Of a DNA stretch of 52,317 nucleotides, positions 7,126-16,970 are shown in pieces. The position numbers were made by a program, and so were the translations under genes. The notes below the pieces were generated by a model, which made no database searches, was not told the origin of the DNA, and worked only from the letters and a program-made list of their open reading frames with translations. Origin of the DNA: Candidatus Saccharimonadota bacterium (lineage in GTDB: Bacteria > Patescibacteriota > Saccharimonadia > Saccharimonadales > UBA7683); assembly GCA_036848695.1 (NCBI GenBank), contig DAIUJM010000001.1, positions 1,354 through 53,670 of the forward strand, read 5' to 3'. Within the stretch, counting starts at the first letter, position 1, and each line of letters starts with the position of its first letter.

Positions 7126-7758
7126 ATGAGTGTAATATGTCCAACAATTACGGCTGAAAACCCGCATACTTATCGTGAGCAGATGCAACGAGTATCTGGT
7201 TTTGCCTCGCGGATACACATAGATTTGATGGATGGTATTTTTGCGCCAAATAAAAGCCTTGGCATAGAAAACGTCTGGCTAGCGGAAGGTCTAATTAACG
7301 ACATTCATGTGATGTACCAGCAACCAGAAGAGATTCTTAGCGATCTTATTGCGTTGCAACCAAACCTAGTTTCGGTCCACGCAGAAAGTGACTGTAACGT
7401 TGAAGAGTTTGCAAGGGATCTTCACACGGCTGGTATCAAATGCGGTCTAGCGGTTTTTCCCGAAACAACAATCGAGTCGGTGGCGACAATTTTGCCTCAC
7501 GTTGATCAACTGTTAATTTTCAGTGGTAATTTAGGCTATCAGGGCGGCAGTGTTGCAAACCTTGCCTTACTAGAGAAAATTCCTCAGGCCCGTGAAATTA
7601 ATTCACAACTTGAATTTGCTTGGGATGGTGGTGTGAACCACGAAAATGTCGTCGAACTTGCTTCTAAGGGTGTTACGGTTATTAACGCAGGTGGATATAT
7701 TCACCACGCCAGTAATCCCGAGCAGGCCTACCGAAAGCTTACTAACCTGTTAACATAA
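7126..7758 (+). CDS. rpe: Ribulose-phosphate 3-epimerase family protein
   Basis: ICPTI...RIHIDLMDGIFAPN...SVHAE...WDGGVN is the RPE TIM-barrel pattern. Confidence 0.8.
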   Translation: MSVICPTITAENPHTYREQMQRVSGFASRIHIDLMDGIFAPNKSLGIENVWLAEGLINDIHVMYQQPEEILSDLIALQPNLVSVHAESDCNVEEFARDLHTAGIKCGLAVFPETTIESVATILPHVDQLLIFSGNLGYQGGSVANLALLEKIPQAREINSQLEFAWDGGVNHENVVELASKGVTVINAGGYIHHASNPEQAYRKLTNLLT

Positions 7759-7855
7759 AACCAAGCAAAGAAAAAGAATGTTTTTATGCTTATTCGGTCT
7801 GTACAATATATCGCTGTGTCCAAGAGAAAAATATAGTACTTCTCTATGATGCTTA

Positions 7856-7864
7856 TGATATAAT
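7856..7864 (+). promoter_or_regulatory. Extended -10 (TGATATAAT) for the tkt-fba operon
   Basis: Perfect TGnTATAAT, read directly. A GAGGG SD lies downstream. Confidence 0.45.
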
Positions 7865-7892
7865 TTAGTCAAGAAAGAGGGTGTTAATAAGT

Positions 7893-8756
7893 ATGATCAA
7901 GCAGCAGGTATATACCATCGCTCAACTTGAAAAGATAGCTAATGATATCAGAAAAGACATCATTACTATGCTTGAGCATGCTGGCAGTGGCCATTCGGCA
8001 GGTCCACTTGATTTGGCTGATATCTTCACTGCGCTTTATTTTGATATTTTACGACACGATCCAAAGAATACGCTGTGGGAAGATCGTGACGTTTTGGTTC
8101 TGAGTGCCGGGCACTGTGCACCCGTTATGTATGCAGCTATGGCGCACTCGGGCTATTTTGATAAAAAGGAACTCTTAACACTTAGAAAATTCGGCAGTCG
8201 CCTGCAGGGGCATCCTGAACGACTTAGACTTCCTGGCGTGGAATCTACCAGCGGACCTCTGGGTGAAGGTCTCGGTCAAGCACTTGGTATGGCGCTGGCG
8301 ATTCAGCTAAAGCACGAAACACACCGATGGGTGTACTGTGTTACTGGAGACGGCGAGCTTAATGAAGGCAATATTTGGGAATCGGCTATGATGGCAGGTA
8401 AATATAAAACTTCAAACTTGATAGCAATTGTAGACAGAAATAACATTCAAATTGACGGCACAACAGAAGAAGTCATGCCTCTTGAGAACCTAAAAAGCAA
8501 ATGGGAAAGCTTCGGCTGGCATGTTCAAGAGGTAGATGGCCACAACATAGAACGAATTATAGACGCCTGCTCAATGGCTCGGGCTATTACAGAAAAGCCA
8601 AGTGTGATAATTGCCCACACAATTCCCGGCAAAGGCGTTCCATTCATGGAATATGACTATCACTGGCATGGTGCTCCACCAAATTCTGAACAAGCCAAAG
8701 AAGCATTAAAGAAACTGAGAACATTGGATGGCAAAATCAGAGGTGAGCATGAGTAG
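7893..8756 (+). CDS. Transketolase, N-terminal (TPP-binding) subunit
   Basis: SGHSAGPL, GDGELNEGNIWES and IVDRNNIQIDG. The start could be ATG 7893 or GTG 7881. I prefer ATG because of SD spacing. Confidence 0.9.
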   Translation: MIKQQVYTIAQLEKIANDIRKDIITMLEHAGSGHSAGPLDLADIFTALYFDILRHDPKNTLWEDRDVLVLSAGHCAPVMYAAMAHSGYFDKKELLTLRKFGSRLQGHPERLRLPGVESTSGPLGEGLGQALGMALAIQLKHETHRWVYCVTGDGELNEGNIWESAMMAGKYKTSNLIAIVDRNNIQIDGTTEEVMPLENLKSKWESFGWHVQEVDGHNIERIIDACSMARAITEKPSVIIAHTIPGKGVPFMEYDYHWHGAPPNSEQAKEALKKLRTLDGKIRGEHE

Positions 8757-9783
8757 ATTAGCAAAATTAAAAATGAAGGTGAAAGCCACAAGAAACCACC
8801 AGGCCAATCCACTTAACCCAACACTTTCTGCGGAAATCGGTCAGGCTGATATAGCAATGGAACCCAACCGAAATGGTTTTGGACGTGGTCTCAAAGCAGT
8901 TGGTGAAGCGAACGAAAAAGTTGTGGCACTATGTGCAGATCTGACTGGATCTACAAAAATTGACGCCTTCGCCGCAGCATTCCCCGAACGATATTTTCAA
9001 ACGGGTATAGCCGAGCAGAATCTTATAACGGTTTCTTCAGGATTTGCCGCCCAGGGCTTTATTCCATATTGTAGCTCGTACGCTGCGTTTAGTCCGGGCA
9101 GAAGCTGGGAACAAATCAAGACCACTGTCGCCCTGAATGATCGCCCTGTGAAGATTATTGGATCGCACGCTGGTCTTATGACTGGTCCTGATGGTGCAAC
9201 TCATCAAATGCTAGAAGATATTGCCTTGATGCGTGCCATGCCAAATATGGTTGTTATTGTACCGTGTGACGCCAAAGAGGCTGAAAAAGCTACTGTGGCC
9301 ATGAGTGAAGATTCTCGACCAAACTATCTACGATTGGCTCGAGATACCGTTCCTACTTTCACAACAGACTCTACACCTTTTGAGATCGGCAAAGCTCAGG
9401 TCTTTCGTGAAGGTAGTGACATAACTCTTATTGCCACCGGCGTGATGACATATCAGGCGCTACTGGCCGCACAGACACTAGCAAAAGATGGCATATCTGC
9501 TGAGGTTCTTCATGTTGCGACTATTAAACCGCTTGATGAAGCGTTAATTCTGCGCAGTGCCAAAAAGACCGGACGGGTGATTACTGTAGAAGAAGCACAA
9601 ATTGCTGGTGGACTTGGTGGGGCGGTAGCAGAAGTACTCAGCGATAAGCATCCAACCCCACTACGGCGCATAGGTATAAATGATTGCTACGGCGAATCAG
9701 GAAACCCAGAAGAATTGATGCGTGCCTACGGTTTAACCCATACGCACATATCGCTAGCCGCACATGAATTAATTGCCAAATAA
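8749..9783 (+). CDS. Transketolase, C-terminal (pyrimidine-binding) subunit
   Basis: FPERYFQTGIAEQN, GATHQMLEDIALMRAMPN and a C-terminal transketolase_C region. ATG 8749 overlaps the tktN stop. Confidence 0.9.
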   Translation: MSRLAKLKMKVKATRNHQANPLNPTLSAEIGQADIAMEPNRNGFGRGLKAVGEANEKVVALCADLTGSTKIDAFAAAFPERYFQTGIAEQNLITVSSGFAAQGFIPYCSSYAAFSPGRSWEQIKTTVALNDRPVKIIGSHAGLMTGPDGATHQMLEDIALMRAMPNMVVIVPCDAKEAEKATVAMSEDSRPNYLRLARDTVPTFTTDSTPFEIGKAQVFREGSDITLIATGVMTYQALLAAQTLAKDGISAEVLHVATIKPLDEALILRSAKKTGRVITVEEAQIAGGLGGAVAEVLSDKHPTPLRRIGINDCYGESGNPEELMRAYGLTHTHISLAAHELIAK

Positions 9784-9797
9784 AAAGGAGAATCCAC

Positions 9798-10709
9798 TTG
9801 AGCCTAACAATTAGAGAAATTCGAGAAAATTGCATAAAAGCAAGACACCTAATGCAACGTTCACGTCAGCAGAAGTTTGCCGTTGGTGCATTTAATATTG
9901 ATAACCAAGAAACGCTGATTGCTGTGTGTCGCGCGGCACAGGCTAAGAAGTCCCCAGTTCTTGTAGAAGTAAGTCAGGGTGAAGTCGATGCTATTGGCAT
10001 AGAAAACATTCGTGACATGGTAGACAATTACAAAGTAGAATACGGCGTGGAAATGTATGTTAATCTAGATCACAGCCCGAGTGTTGAAAATGCGAAGCGG
10101 GGCATTGATGCTGGGTTCGAATTTATACATATAGATATTTCTCAGGAACGCCATGACGCTTCGGAAGAAGAGATTATTAAAGAAACGCTAGAGGTTGTTG
10201 AATACGCACGTTTCACCGGTGCAGTTGTTGAAAGCGAGCCTCATTACTTTGGTGGGTCATCAAATGTTCATAAAGAAGAGATAGATTACGAAGAAATTAA
10301 GAAAACATTTTCTACACCATTGGGCGCACTTGAGTTTGTTGCGGCAACCGGTATAGATACATTCGCCGCGGCAATAGGCAATCTTCACGGTACTTACCCA
10401 GTGCCCAAGGTGCTTGATCTCGATCTACTGACGCAAATTCGTAAAAAGATTGACTGCAACATTAGCCTGCACGGTGGTTCCGGTACGCCACTTCATTATT
10501 TTGAAGAAGCTGCCAAAATTGGTGTTAGTAAAATCAATATTAATTCAGACATGCGTGTGGCTTTTCGCACAACTTTAGAAAAAGTCTTGAAAGACAATCC
10601 TGATGAATTTGCGGTGGTTAAACTAATGCCAGAAGTATATAAAGCCGTGCAAGCAGTTGTTGAAGAAAAAATCGTGGCATTTGGTTCAACCAATAAAGCT
10701 ATTGTTTAG
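9798..10709 (+). CDS. fba: Class II fructose-bisphosphate aldolase
   Basis: AVGAFNI, NLDHS, GNLHG and LHGGSG. TTG start with an AAGGAG SD 8 nt upstream. Confidence 0.88.
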   Translation: MSLTIREIRENCIKARHLMQRSRQQKFAVGAFNIDNQETLIAVCRAAQAKKSPVLVEVSQGEVDAIGIENIRDMVDNYKVEYGVEMYVNLDHSPSVENAKRGIDAGFEFIHIDISQERHDASEEEIIKETLEVVEYARFTGAVVESEPHYFGGSSNVHKEEIDYEEIKKTFSTPLGALEFVAATGIDTFAAAIGNLHGTYPVPKVLDLDLLTQIRKKIDCNISLHGGSGTPLHYFEEAAKIGVSKININSDMRVAFRTTLEKVLKDNPDEFAVVKLMPEVYKAVQAVVEEKIVAFGSTNKAIV

Positions 10710-10715
10710 TGTTGG

Positions 10716-10724
10716 TGGTATACT
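10716..10724 (+). promoter_or_regulatory. Extended -10 (TGGTATACT), 6 nt upstream of the PfkB-kinase ATG
   Basis: Read directly. No SD. Confidence 0.45.
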
Positions 10725-10730
10725 TTAGTC

Positions 10731-11690
10731 ATGAATAAACCTGTTATGCTTTGCGTCGGAAGTGCAACGCAAGATGTGTTTTTGGGCGGGAAGGTATTCA
10801 CGCCCGAATGTGAAGGCGAAGTTTGCTACGAGCACCTAAAACTTGGCGATAAACTTACGGTTGACGAACTAACCTATGCAACCGGGGGGAATGCCATGAA
10901 TGCCGCCGTAACCTTTGCCCGGCAAGATCTAGAAACTCATTTTATTGGTTTACTTGGCGAAGACCCAGCGGCCCAAGCGGTGCTTGCAGAATTAGATAAA
11001 GAATCTGTGCATACAGACGGCGTAGTTAGCAGTGCAAAATACACTACAAGCTATTCTGTAATATTACTTGCACCCAGTGGTGAGCGAACAATTTTAAACT
11101 ATCACGGTGAGCCACTGAGTTCTCAGCCAGATCTTGTGGACGAAGCGAATATTAAAGGAGATTGGCTATATGTTTCTTCTGTTGGTTCGATGTCACTTTT
11201 GCGTCAGATTATGGAACGAGCTAAAAAGAACAACCTTAAAGTTGCTTTTAATCCAGCAAGTTTTGAACTTAAAAACATACAAGAAAGTGCTGATTTACTG
11301 CAGTACGTTGATTTGTTTGCGGTCAATAAAGAAGAAGCTTGTCTATTTGTTGAAGGTGATTCGGCTCTAGAACTAGCCACAAAATTAGCCGAGTCGTGCC
11401 AGTATGTACTAGTTAGCGATGGGCCAAAGGGTGCGGTGGCAACTGATGGCACAAATCTTGTTGAAGCGGGTATGTACGAAGATGTACCAGTGTTGGACCG
11501 TACAGGCGCAGGAGATGCATTTGCAAGCGGGTTCACGGCTGTAATTGCAACGGGTGGCAGTCTAGAGCAAGCTTTAACCTTTGCGAGTGCAAATTCTACT
11601 AATGTAGTCAGTAAAATTGGCGCTAAAGCCGGCATTCTTCATGCGCCAGTTGATTTGCATGATATGCCCCTAAAATCATCTACTATATAA
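10731..11690 (+). CDS. PfkB-family carbohydrate kinase (substrate unknown)
   Basis: GGNAMNAAV near the N-terminus and the DRTGAGDAFASGF C-terminal PfkB signature. Confidence 0.85.
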   Translation: MNKPVMLCVGSATQDVFLGGKVFTPECEGEVCYEHLKLGDKLTVDELTYATGGNAMNAAVTFARQDLETHFIGLLGEDPAAQAVLAELDKESVHTDGVVSSAKYTTSYSVILLAPSGERTILNYHGEPLSSQPDLVDEANIKGDWLYVSSVGSMSLLRQIMERAKKNNLKVAFNPASFELKNIQESADLLQYVDLFAVNKEEACLFVEGDSALELATKLAESCQYVLVSDGPKGAVATDGTNLVEAGMYEDVPVLDRTGAGDAFASGFTAVIATGGSLEQALTFASANSTNVVSKIGAKAGILHAPVDLHDMPLKSSTI

Positions 11691-11771
11691 AGCACTAAAC
11701 TACTGGTATACACCATATATTTCAGGTATACTGCTAGACAGATAAGCATAAGTACAAACACCTATATTATA

Positions 11772-13010
11772 ATGACAAAATTACTCCGAGATCTGTTGGC
11801 CGCCCAAGAACCGTTGTTTACGCAAAGTTTGCGTGAACTTGAATATATAACAGGCAAAAAGAATATTGACAGCAAACTTTCGGCAGATATTTTAGAAAAG
11901 ATATCTGGAGTAACACGAAGCCTGGGTCTTGATGTTGCTGACACAACTGATAGAGAGCTGTTCCATGCTTTAAGTGACCGCGTTCGTGAACATAATGAAA
12001 ATTTGGCTGAAAGCCTTGGTTCACATAACGACGCCCCAATTCGACAGATAGTTCCAAAGCTTGTTCAGGCAGCGCAGTCAACGAAAGTACCCCGTACTTG
12101 TTGGGTGCTAAAAAAGTCGGTTGCAAAAGAATTACTCCGTGAAATGCCACCAAAAAAGATGATGAAACATCTTGGTTACCGCTCACTTGAAAGTATGTTT
12201 AAGAACGAGAACTTTTCAGAAATATATTCCGCACTCCGCTTTAGTGAAGGTGGTGAATGGCTGAATTCATATAATGAACTGTTCCAAAAACGAGTCACGC
12301 CTTCAGATTTTGAAACACGCCAGATTGAAATTATCATAATGGATCACGACAAATGGGCTGATCTAACCGAAGAATTTGTACATAAAAAGAAACACAATAT
12401 TACGCACACAAAAGAACTGGGAACAATTATTGTAGTTCCGATGAAGCAGACGCATATGCGTGGTATGGCCCTTAAAACCCTTCCACTACTATTCCATTAT
12501 ATAAACGAGATACGACTATATTCTGCATTCTTTAAACTCAAAAGCACAACTGCTAATTTTGGCCAAACAATCACAGAGACTTTAATTGCCGATACCGGAA
12601 CAGGCGCTACAATTGCAAACTTCCATATCCACTGGCGAGTAATTCAACGCTATTTTGGTAAGCTTGGCGAACAACCTCCAGAAGTATTTCAACCGCATGT
12701 GCAGCCTGAGGACCTTCATTGGCGTCATGCGGCTGAAGTTTTGTACGAAATAAGTCCAGAACTTAAGTTCTGGTCAGATCTAGACTACGTTGCACGCCCA
12801 GGCAGTGATGGCAACCCTGTTTCTCTCAATTTATTCGATGTTTCATTTGCCTACAGTAACGGTGAAAAGTTTGATACGCGTTACTTCTACCATATGCGAG
12901 AAAGTCTTTGGAACGAAATATTTATGAGATACATGGGCGAGCCAGCTTTAAGACAGCAAATACTTGAGCAGTTAGATAACGACACAATAAAGCCCGAGGA
13001 ACTCGTGTAA
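11772..13010 (+). CDS. Hypothetical protein, 412 aa, no recognisable domain
   Basis: Long ORF with coding-like composition. Its stop overlaps the next start (TAATG). No SD was seen. Confidence 0.6.
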   Translation: MTKLLRDLLAAQEPLFTQSLRELEYITGKKNIDSKLSADILEKISGVTRSLGLDVADTTDRELFHALSDRVREHNENLAESLGSHNDAPIRQIVPKLVQAAQSTKVPRTCWVLKKSVAKELLREMPPKKMMKHLGYRSLESMFKNENFSEIYSALRFSEGGEWLNSYNELFQKRVTPSDFETRQIEIIIMDHDKWADLTEEFVHKKKHNITHTKELGTIIVVPMKQTHMRGMALKTLPLLFHYINEIRLYSAFFKLKSTTANFGQTITETLIADTGTGATIANFHIHWRVIQRYFGKLGEQPPEVFQPHVQPEDLHWRHAAEVLYEISPELKFWSDLDYVARPGSDGNPVSLNLFDVSFAYSNGEKFDTRYFYHMRESLWNEIFMRYMGEPALRQQILEQLDNDTIKPEELV

Positions 13011-13627
13011 TGAGTAGGCTTCAAGTTGATCCTATTCCTAAAACACCAAAACATCGTATGACAATATGTGTCAGTGGTGCGGCACGCGGTAAAACTGTAG
13101 ATATGGACTATAAATTAGCCTTTGAACTTGGTAGACAAGTAGCACTTCATGGTCACACACTTATTACGGGTGCCACGGTTGGGTTGCCAGATTGGGCAGC
13201 TCAGGGAGCGAAGAGTGTTGGCGGAATGAGTATTGGCATTAGTCCAGCAGCAAGTTTGAGAGAACATTTGAACAAATATCGCTTGCCAACCACTGCTTAC
13301 GACTTTATTCTCTACACAGGGATGCATTACGTAGGGCGAGACGCTTTGTTGGTCCAGAGTTCAGATGCGGTACTGAGCGTTGGCGGGAGAATGGGTACTG
13401 TTCACGAATTCGCAACTGCCATTGAAAGCCACATTCCTGTTGGGGTATTGCAGGATGCTGGCGGTGTGGGCGATGAGTTCGAACATCTTATGAAAGCTGC
13501 AGGTATGTGTCACGACGGCATATGCGATACTAGTCATGATGTTTTTTTTGAAACTGATCCTGCTGTATTAGTTGAAAGAATTGTTACAATATTAGAAGAT
13601 CGTAATATAAGTTCAAATAGAGGTTAA
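13010..13627 (+). CDS. LOG/TIGR00725-like (SLOG superfamily) Rossmann-fold protein
   Basis: ICVSGAARG...LITGATVGLPDWAAQGA...SVGGRMGTVHEF matches the (P)GGxGTxxE LOG signature. An alternative start is Met at 13058. Confidence 0.65.
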   Translation: MSRLQVDPIPKTPKHRMTICVSGAARGKTVDMDYKLAFELGRQVALHGHTLITGATVGLPDWAAQGAKSVGGMSIGISPAASLREHLNKYRLPTTAYDFILYTGMHYVGRDALLVQSSDAVLSVGGRMGTVHEFATAIESHIPVGVLQDAGGVGDEFEHLMKAAGMCHDGICDTSHDVFFETDPAVLVERIVTILEDRNISSNRG

Positions 13628-13631
13628 TTTA

Positions 13632-14285
13632 ATGAATCCAAATCAAGTAAATCCAGTTGACCAGCCAGTAAGCATGCAAGTTCCAGAAGAATCACCTAAG
13701 AGGCGCGGTACTCCAAACACCCTACTTCTTGTAATAATTGCTTTGGTTATAGCGCTTTTAGCTGCAACCGTAGGCTTTGTGAGTGGTACAACCAGCCAGA
13801 AAGATACATATGAACAAAAGCTGGAGCAAGCTGCAAAAGACTACGCAAGTTTGAAGAAGGAACTCGATATACAATCAATCGGCTCTGGTTCGGATGTCTC
13901 ACATTTTAGCTACCTGAATATTCCTGAATGGAAGATACGTATGCCTTTAAATGACAAATATACCGATGTTGTTTATCGCTTAAAAACAGAACTAGGTTCT
14001 ACCTACGTTGAAATTACTTCCGCAACTTTAGCCAAGATCTCAACCTGTGTGAATTACGAAGGTCAAATCGGCACAATTACAAAGGCAAAATCGGGCACCG
14101 TTCCGGAACCAGCTAGACAGGTAACTGGTTTTGACGAACAGATATATATGTTTAAGCAATTTGATCAAACGTGCACAAGCAACCCTCAGGGTGTCGAAGC
14201 ACCATATAAATCCTCAATTCTTGAACAGTTTGCAAAGCTGGAGCCTATGCCAGTAGAACGAGTAACAGCGGATAAGAAGGACTAA
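13632..14285 (+). CDS. Membrane-anchored hypothetical protein (paralog A)
   Basis: One N-terminal TM (LLLVIIALVIALLAATVGFV), a coiled segment, the SYLNIPEW motif and 2 Cys. AGAGG SD. Confidence 0.6.
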   Translation: MNPNQVNPVDQPVSMQVPEESPKRRGTPNTLLLVIIALVIALLAATVGFVSGTTSQKDTYEQKLEQAAKDYASLKKELDIQSIGSGSDVSHFSYLNIPEWKIRMPLNDKYTDVVYRLKTELGSTYVEITSATLAKISTCVNYEGQIGTITKAKSGTVPEPARQVTGFDEQIYMFKQFDQTCTSNPQGVEAPYKSSILEQFAKLEPMPVERVTADKKD

Positions 14286-14286
14286 T

Positions 14287-14919
14287 ATGGATATACAAGA
14301 GCAACCCACTAATCATATACCGGTACACGAAGCATCTGATTCCAAGGCAAAGATGGTGTTTTCAGTAATTTTAGTTATTGTTACATTTGCTGCCATGGCA
14401 TTTGCAGGTCTTAAGTGGCGAAGCCAAATTTTAGAATATAAAACTAACATAAATCAACGAGATCAAGAAATAGCAACTCTTAAAGCTAGAGTTGATGGAA
14501 TAAATAACCAATCAACTTCTAATACGAAGACCTCTACTGAGGGATACTTGAATATTAAAGAATGGGGCGTGAAGCTTAAATCAACTGAATCTGCGATGTC
14601 GTATGTCATTACTACTAAACAGGATGGTGACAAAACTGCGTGGTTAACAAATGCAGAGGCACAAGCCCTTGTTGAATTTGCGGAATGTCCAATCGACAAA
14701 GATGATCAAGTGAATCATTATTTCCTAGCGTCAATTTCCAGATATAAAACAAAGCCGGAATCGGTTGTAGGTAATATGAAGTATCTTGGTACTAAAGACG
14801 GGTACTATTTCTATTCCGATCATGGAAATGGAGTCTGTAGCGACCAAGCCCACTTGAATCAAGAGGCTGAAATCTTGCGAAGACTGTATGATGCCGCAAA
14901 CACACTCGAGCTTGAGTGA
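14287..14919 (+). CDS. Membrane-anchored hypothetical protein (paralog B)
   Basis: Same architecture as paralog A: TM (VFSVILVIVTFAAMAFAGL), a coiled segment, GYLNIKEW and 2 Cys. GAAGGA SD. There is a 1-nt gap after the previous gene. Confidence 0.6.
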   Translation: MDIQEQPTNHIPVHEASDSKAKMVFSVILVIVTFAAMAFAGLKWRSQILEYKTNINQRDQEIATLKARVDGINNQSTSNTKTSTEGYLNIKEWGVKLKSTESAMSYVITTKQDGDKTAWLTNAEAQALVEFAECPIDKDDQVNHYFLASISRYKTKPESVVGNMKYLGTKDGYYFYSDHGNGVCSDQAHLNQEAEILRRLYDAANTLELE

Positions 14920-14966
14920 CAAACCAACAAATTTTCGAATTGTTGTAATGAGAGATCCCAGAGAAA

Positions 14967-14975
14967 TGTTACACT
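14967..14975 (+). promoter_or_regulatory. Extended -10 (TGTTACACT), 6 nt upstream of the uvrB GTG
   Basis: Read directly. No SD. Confidence 0.4.
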
Positions 14976-14981
14976 GGATCT

Positions 14982-16952
14982 GTGGATAAATTCAAACTTG
15001 CAACAAAATACAAACCGACCGGTGATCAGCCGGCTGCTATTAAGGCTCTCACGAATGGTTTGAATAGCGGAGCTAAAGAACAGACCTTACTCGGCGTTAC
15101 TGGCTCTGGTAAGACTTTTACCATGGCTAACGTAATAGCCAATGTTCAGAAGCCAACGTTGGTTCTTTCTCACAATAAAACCTTGGCAGCGCAGTTATAT
15201 TCAGAGTTTCGTACTTTCTTTCCTGAAAACGAGGTTCATTATTTTGTCAGTTATTTTGACTATTATCAGCCAGAAGCATATATGCCTTCAAGCGATACCT
15301 ATATTGAAAAAGATTCAAAGATAAATGAAGAAATTGATCGGCTACGTCATGCTGCCACCTCAGCTTTACTGAGTCGCCGAGACTGCATTATTGTGGCGTC
15401 AGTGAGCTGTATTTATGGTATTGGTTCCAGAGATGATTATGGCGACATGTCGCTGGTTGTTAGGTGTGGTGAGCAAAGAAAACAAGATAAGTTCATTCGA
15501 CATCTTACTGATATCCAGTATCAAAGAAACGACATTGACTTCCACCGTTCTACATTTCGCGTACGTGGTGATGTGGTTGATGTTTTCCCAGCTGGCGGCG
15601 AAACAGCTTATAGGGTAGAGTTTTTTGGTGACCAAATCGACCGTTTAACCGAGATTAATCCGTTAACCGGAGAAGTTCTTTCTCAACCCGAGGAAATACG
15701 AATATTCCCAGGTTCCCACTATGTCACGCCAAAAGATAAGCTAAAGGTTGCAATTGAAAACATTCGTGAAGAATATCAACAGCGTATAGAATGGTTTGAA
15801 AAAAATAATAAACTACTAGAAGCACAGCGCCTTAGCCAGCGCACAAAGTTTGATCTAGAGATGTTAGAAGAAACTGGTTTTGTGAAAGGTATAGAAAACT
15901 ATTCACGCTACCTTACTAACCGTGAGCCCGGCGAACAACCTGCTACACTTCTGGATTATTTTCCTGATGACTACCTTCTGTTGGTTGATGAAAGCCACAT
16001 GAGTTTACCTCAAGTTCGTGGTATGTATAACGGTGATCGGGCTCGTAAAGAAGTTTTGGTAGATCATGGCTTCCGGCTACCTAGTGCGCTAGATAACCGT
16101 CCGCTTAAGTTTGAAGAATTTGAAAATCACGTTAATCAAGTGATATATGTTTCTGCTACACCCGGTGAATATGAACTAGAGCGCGGTGGTAAGCCTGTAG
16201 AGCAGGTGATCCGACCGACAGGACTACTTGATCCACCAATAGAAGTGCGAAAGACCGAAGGTCAAATTGATGATCTGATTAAAGAAATTCGTGAAACAAC
16301 TAAAAAAGGTCAGAGAGTTTTAGTTACCACACTCACTAAGCGCATGGCAGAAGATCTGACCGAATATCTGCAAGATCTTGATATAAAAACTGCTTATTTG
16401 CACAGTGATATAGATACGCTTGATCGCACTGATATTCTTCGTGATCTAAGACTCGGAATTTTTGATGTTTTAGTGGGTATCAACTTATTGCGTGAAGGTC
16501 TGGATCTGCCAGAAGTGAGCCTTGTAGCAATTATGGATGCTGACAAAGAAGGCTTTTTGCGTAGTTCTCAGGCACTAGTGCAAACAGTTGGGCGTGCTGC
16601 CCGACACGAAGAGGGTCACGTTATTATGTACGGTGATAGAGTTACAAAATCTATGCAGTACACAATAGATGAAACTAAGCGCCGCCGTGAAATTCAAGAA
16701 AAGTATAATATTGAAAACGGCATAACTCCAACCGGTGTTGATAAAATTATTGATGAAGGTATGCGAGCAATAATCGGCGCGCCTGCTAAAGATACCAAAA
16801 AACGAATTGATCTGAGGAAGATTCCTAAAGATGAATACCACCATTTGATTAAAGAATTAGAATCTCAAATGGATCTAGCTGCCGCTAATCTCCGCTTTGA
16901 AGAAGCCGCAGACCTGCGTGATCAAATAGATGAAATCAAAAACAAACTGTAA
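14982..16952 (+). CDS. uvrB: Excinuclease ABC subunit B
   Basis: [23 protein letters not shown] and a C-terminal UVR motif ([13 protein letters not shown]). Confidence 0.95.
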   Translation: MDKFKLATKYKPTGDQPAAIKALTNGLNSGAKEQTLLGVTGSGKTFTMANVIANVQKPTLVLSHNKTLAAQLYSEFRTFFPENEVHYFVSYFDYYQPEAYMPSSDTYIEKDSKINEEIDRLRHAATSALLSRRDCIIVASVSCIYGIGSRDDYGDMSLVVRCGEQRKQDKFIRHLTDIQYQRNDIDFHRSTFRVRGDVVDVFPAGGETAYRVEFFGDQIDRLTEINPLTGEVLSQPEEIRIFPGSHYVTPKDKLKVAIENIREEYQQRIEWFEKNNKLLEAQRLSQRTKFDLEMLEETGFVKGIENYSRYLTNREPGEQPATLLDYFPDDYLLLVDESHMSLPQVRGMYNGDRARKEVLVDHGFRLPSALDNRPLKFEEFENHVNQVIYVSATPGEYELERGGKPVEQVIRPTGLLDPPIEVRKTEGQIDDLIKEIRETTKKGQRVLVTTLTKRMAEDLTEYLQDLDIKTAYLHSDIDTLDRTDILRDLRLGIFDVLVGINLLREGLDLPEVSLVAIMDADKEGFLRSSQALVQTVGRAARHEEGHVIMYGDRVTKSMQYTIDETKRRREIQEKYNIENGITPTGVDKIIDEGMRAIIGAPAKDTKKRIDLRKIPKDEYHHLIKELESQMDLAAANLRFEEAADLRDQIDEIKNKL

Positions 16953-16970
16953 ACATCATTGCTACACAGT

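Noticed and set aside
7090-7218. The ORF track extends rel by 43 codons, overlapping the rpe start.
   Set aside because: The extension has no Rel homology and would overlap the rpe promoter and start. ATG 7089 (MNKKQL) has an AAGGGG SD.
11204-11635. Antisense 'shadow' ORFs of 60-170 aa inside well-supported genes. Examples are 11204-11635, 17440-17871, 37097-37537, 41782-42228, 42511-43029 and 49102-49491.
   Set aside because: Each lies wholly within a strongly supported housekeeping CDS on the other strand or in another frame. They have low-complexity translations and no start signals. These are typical frame artefacts.
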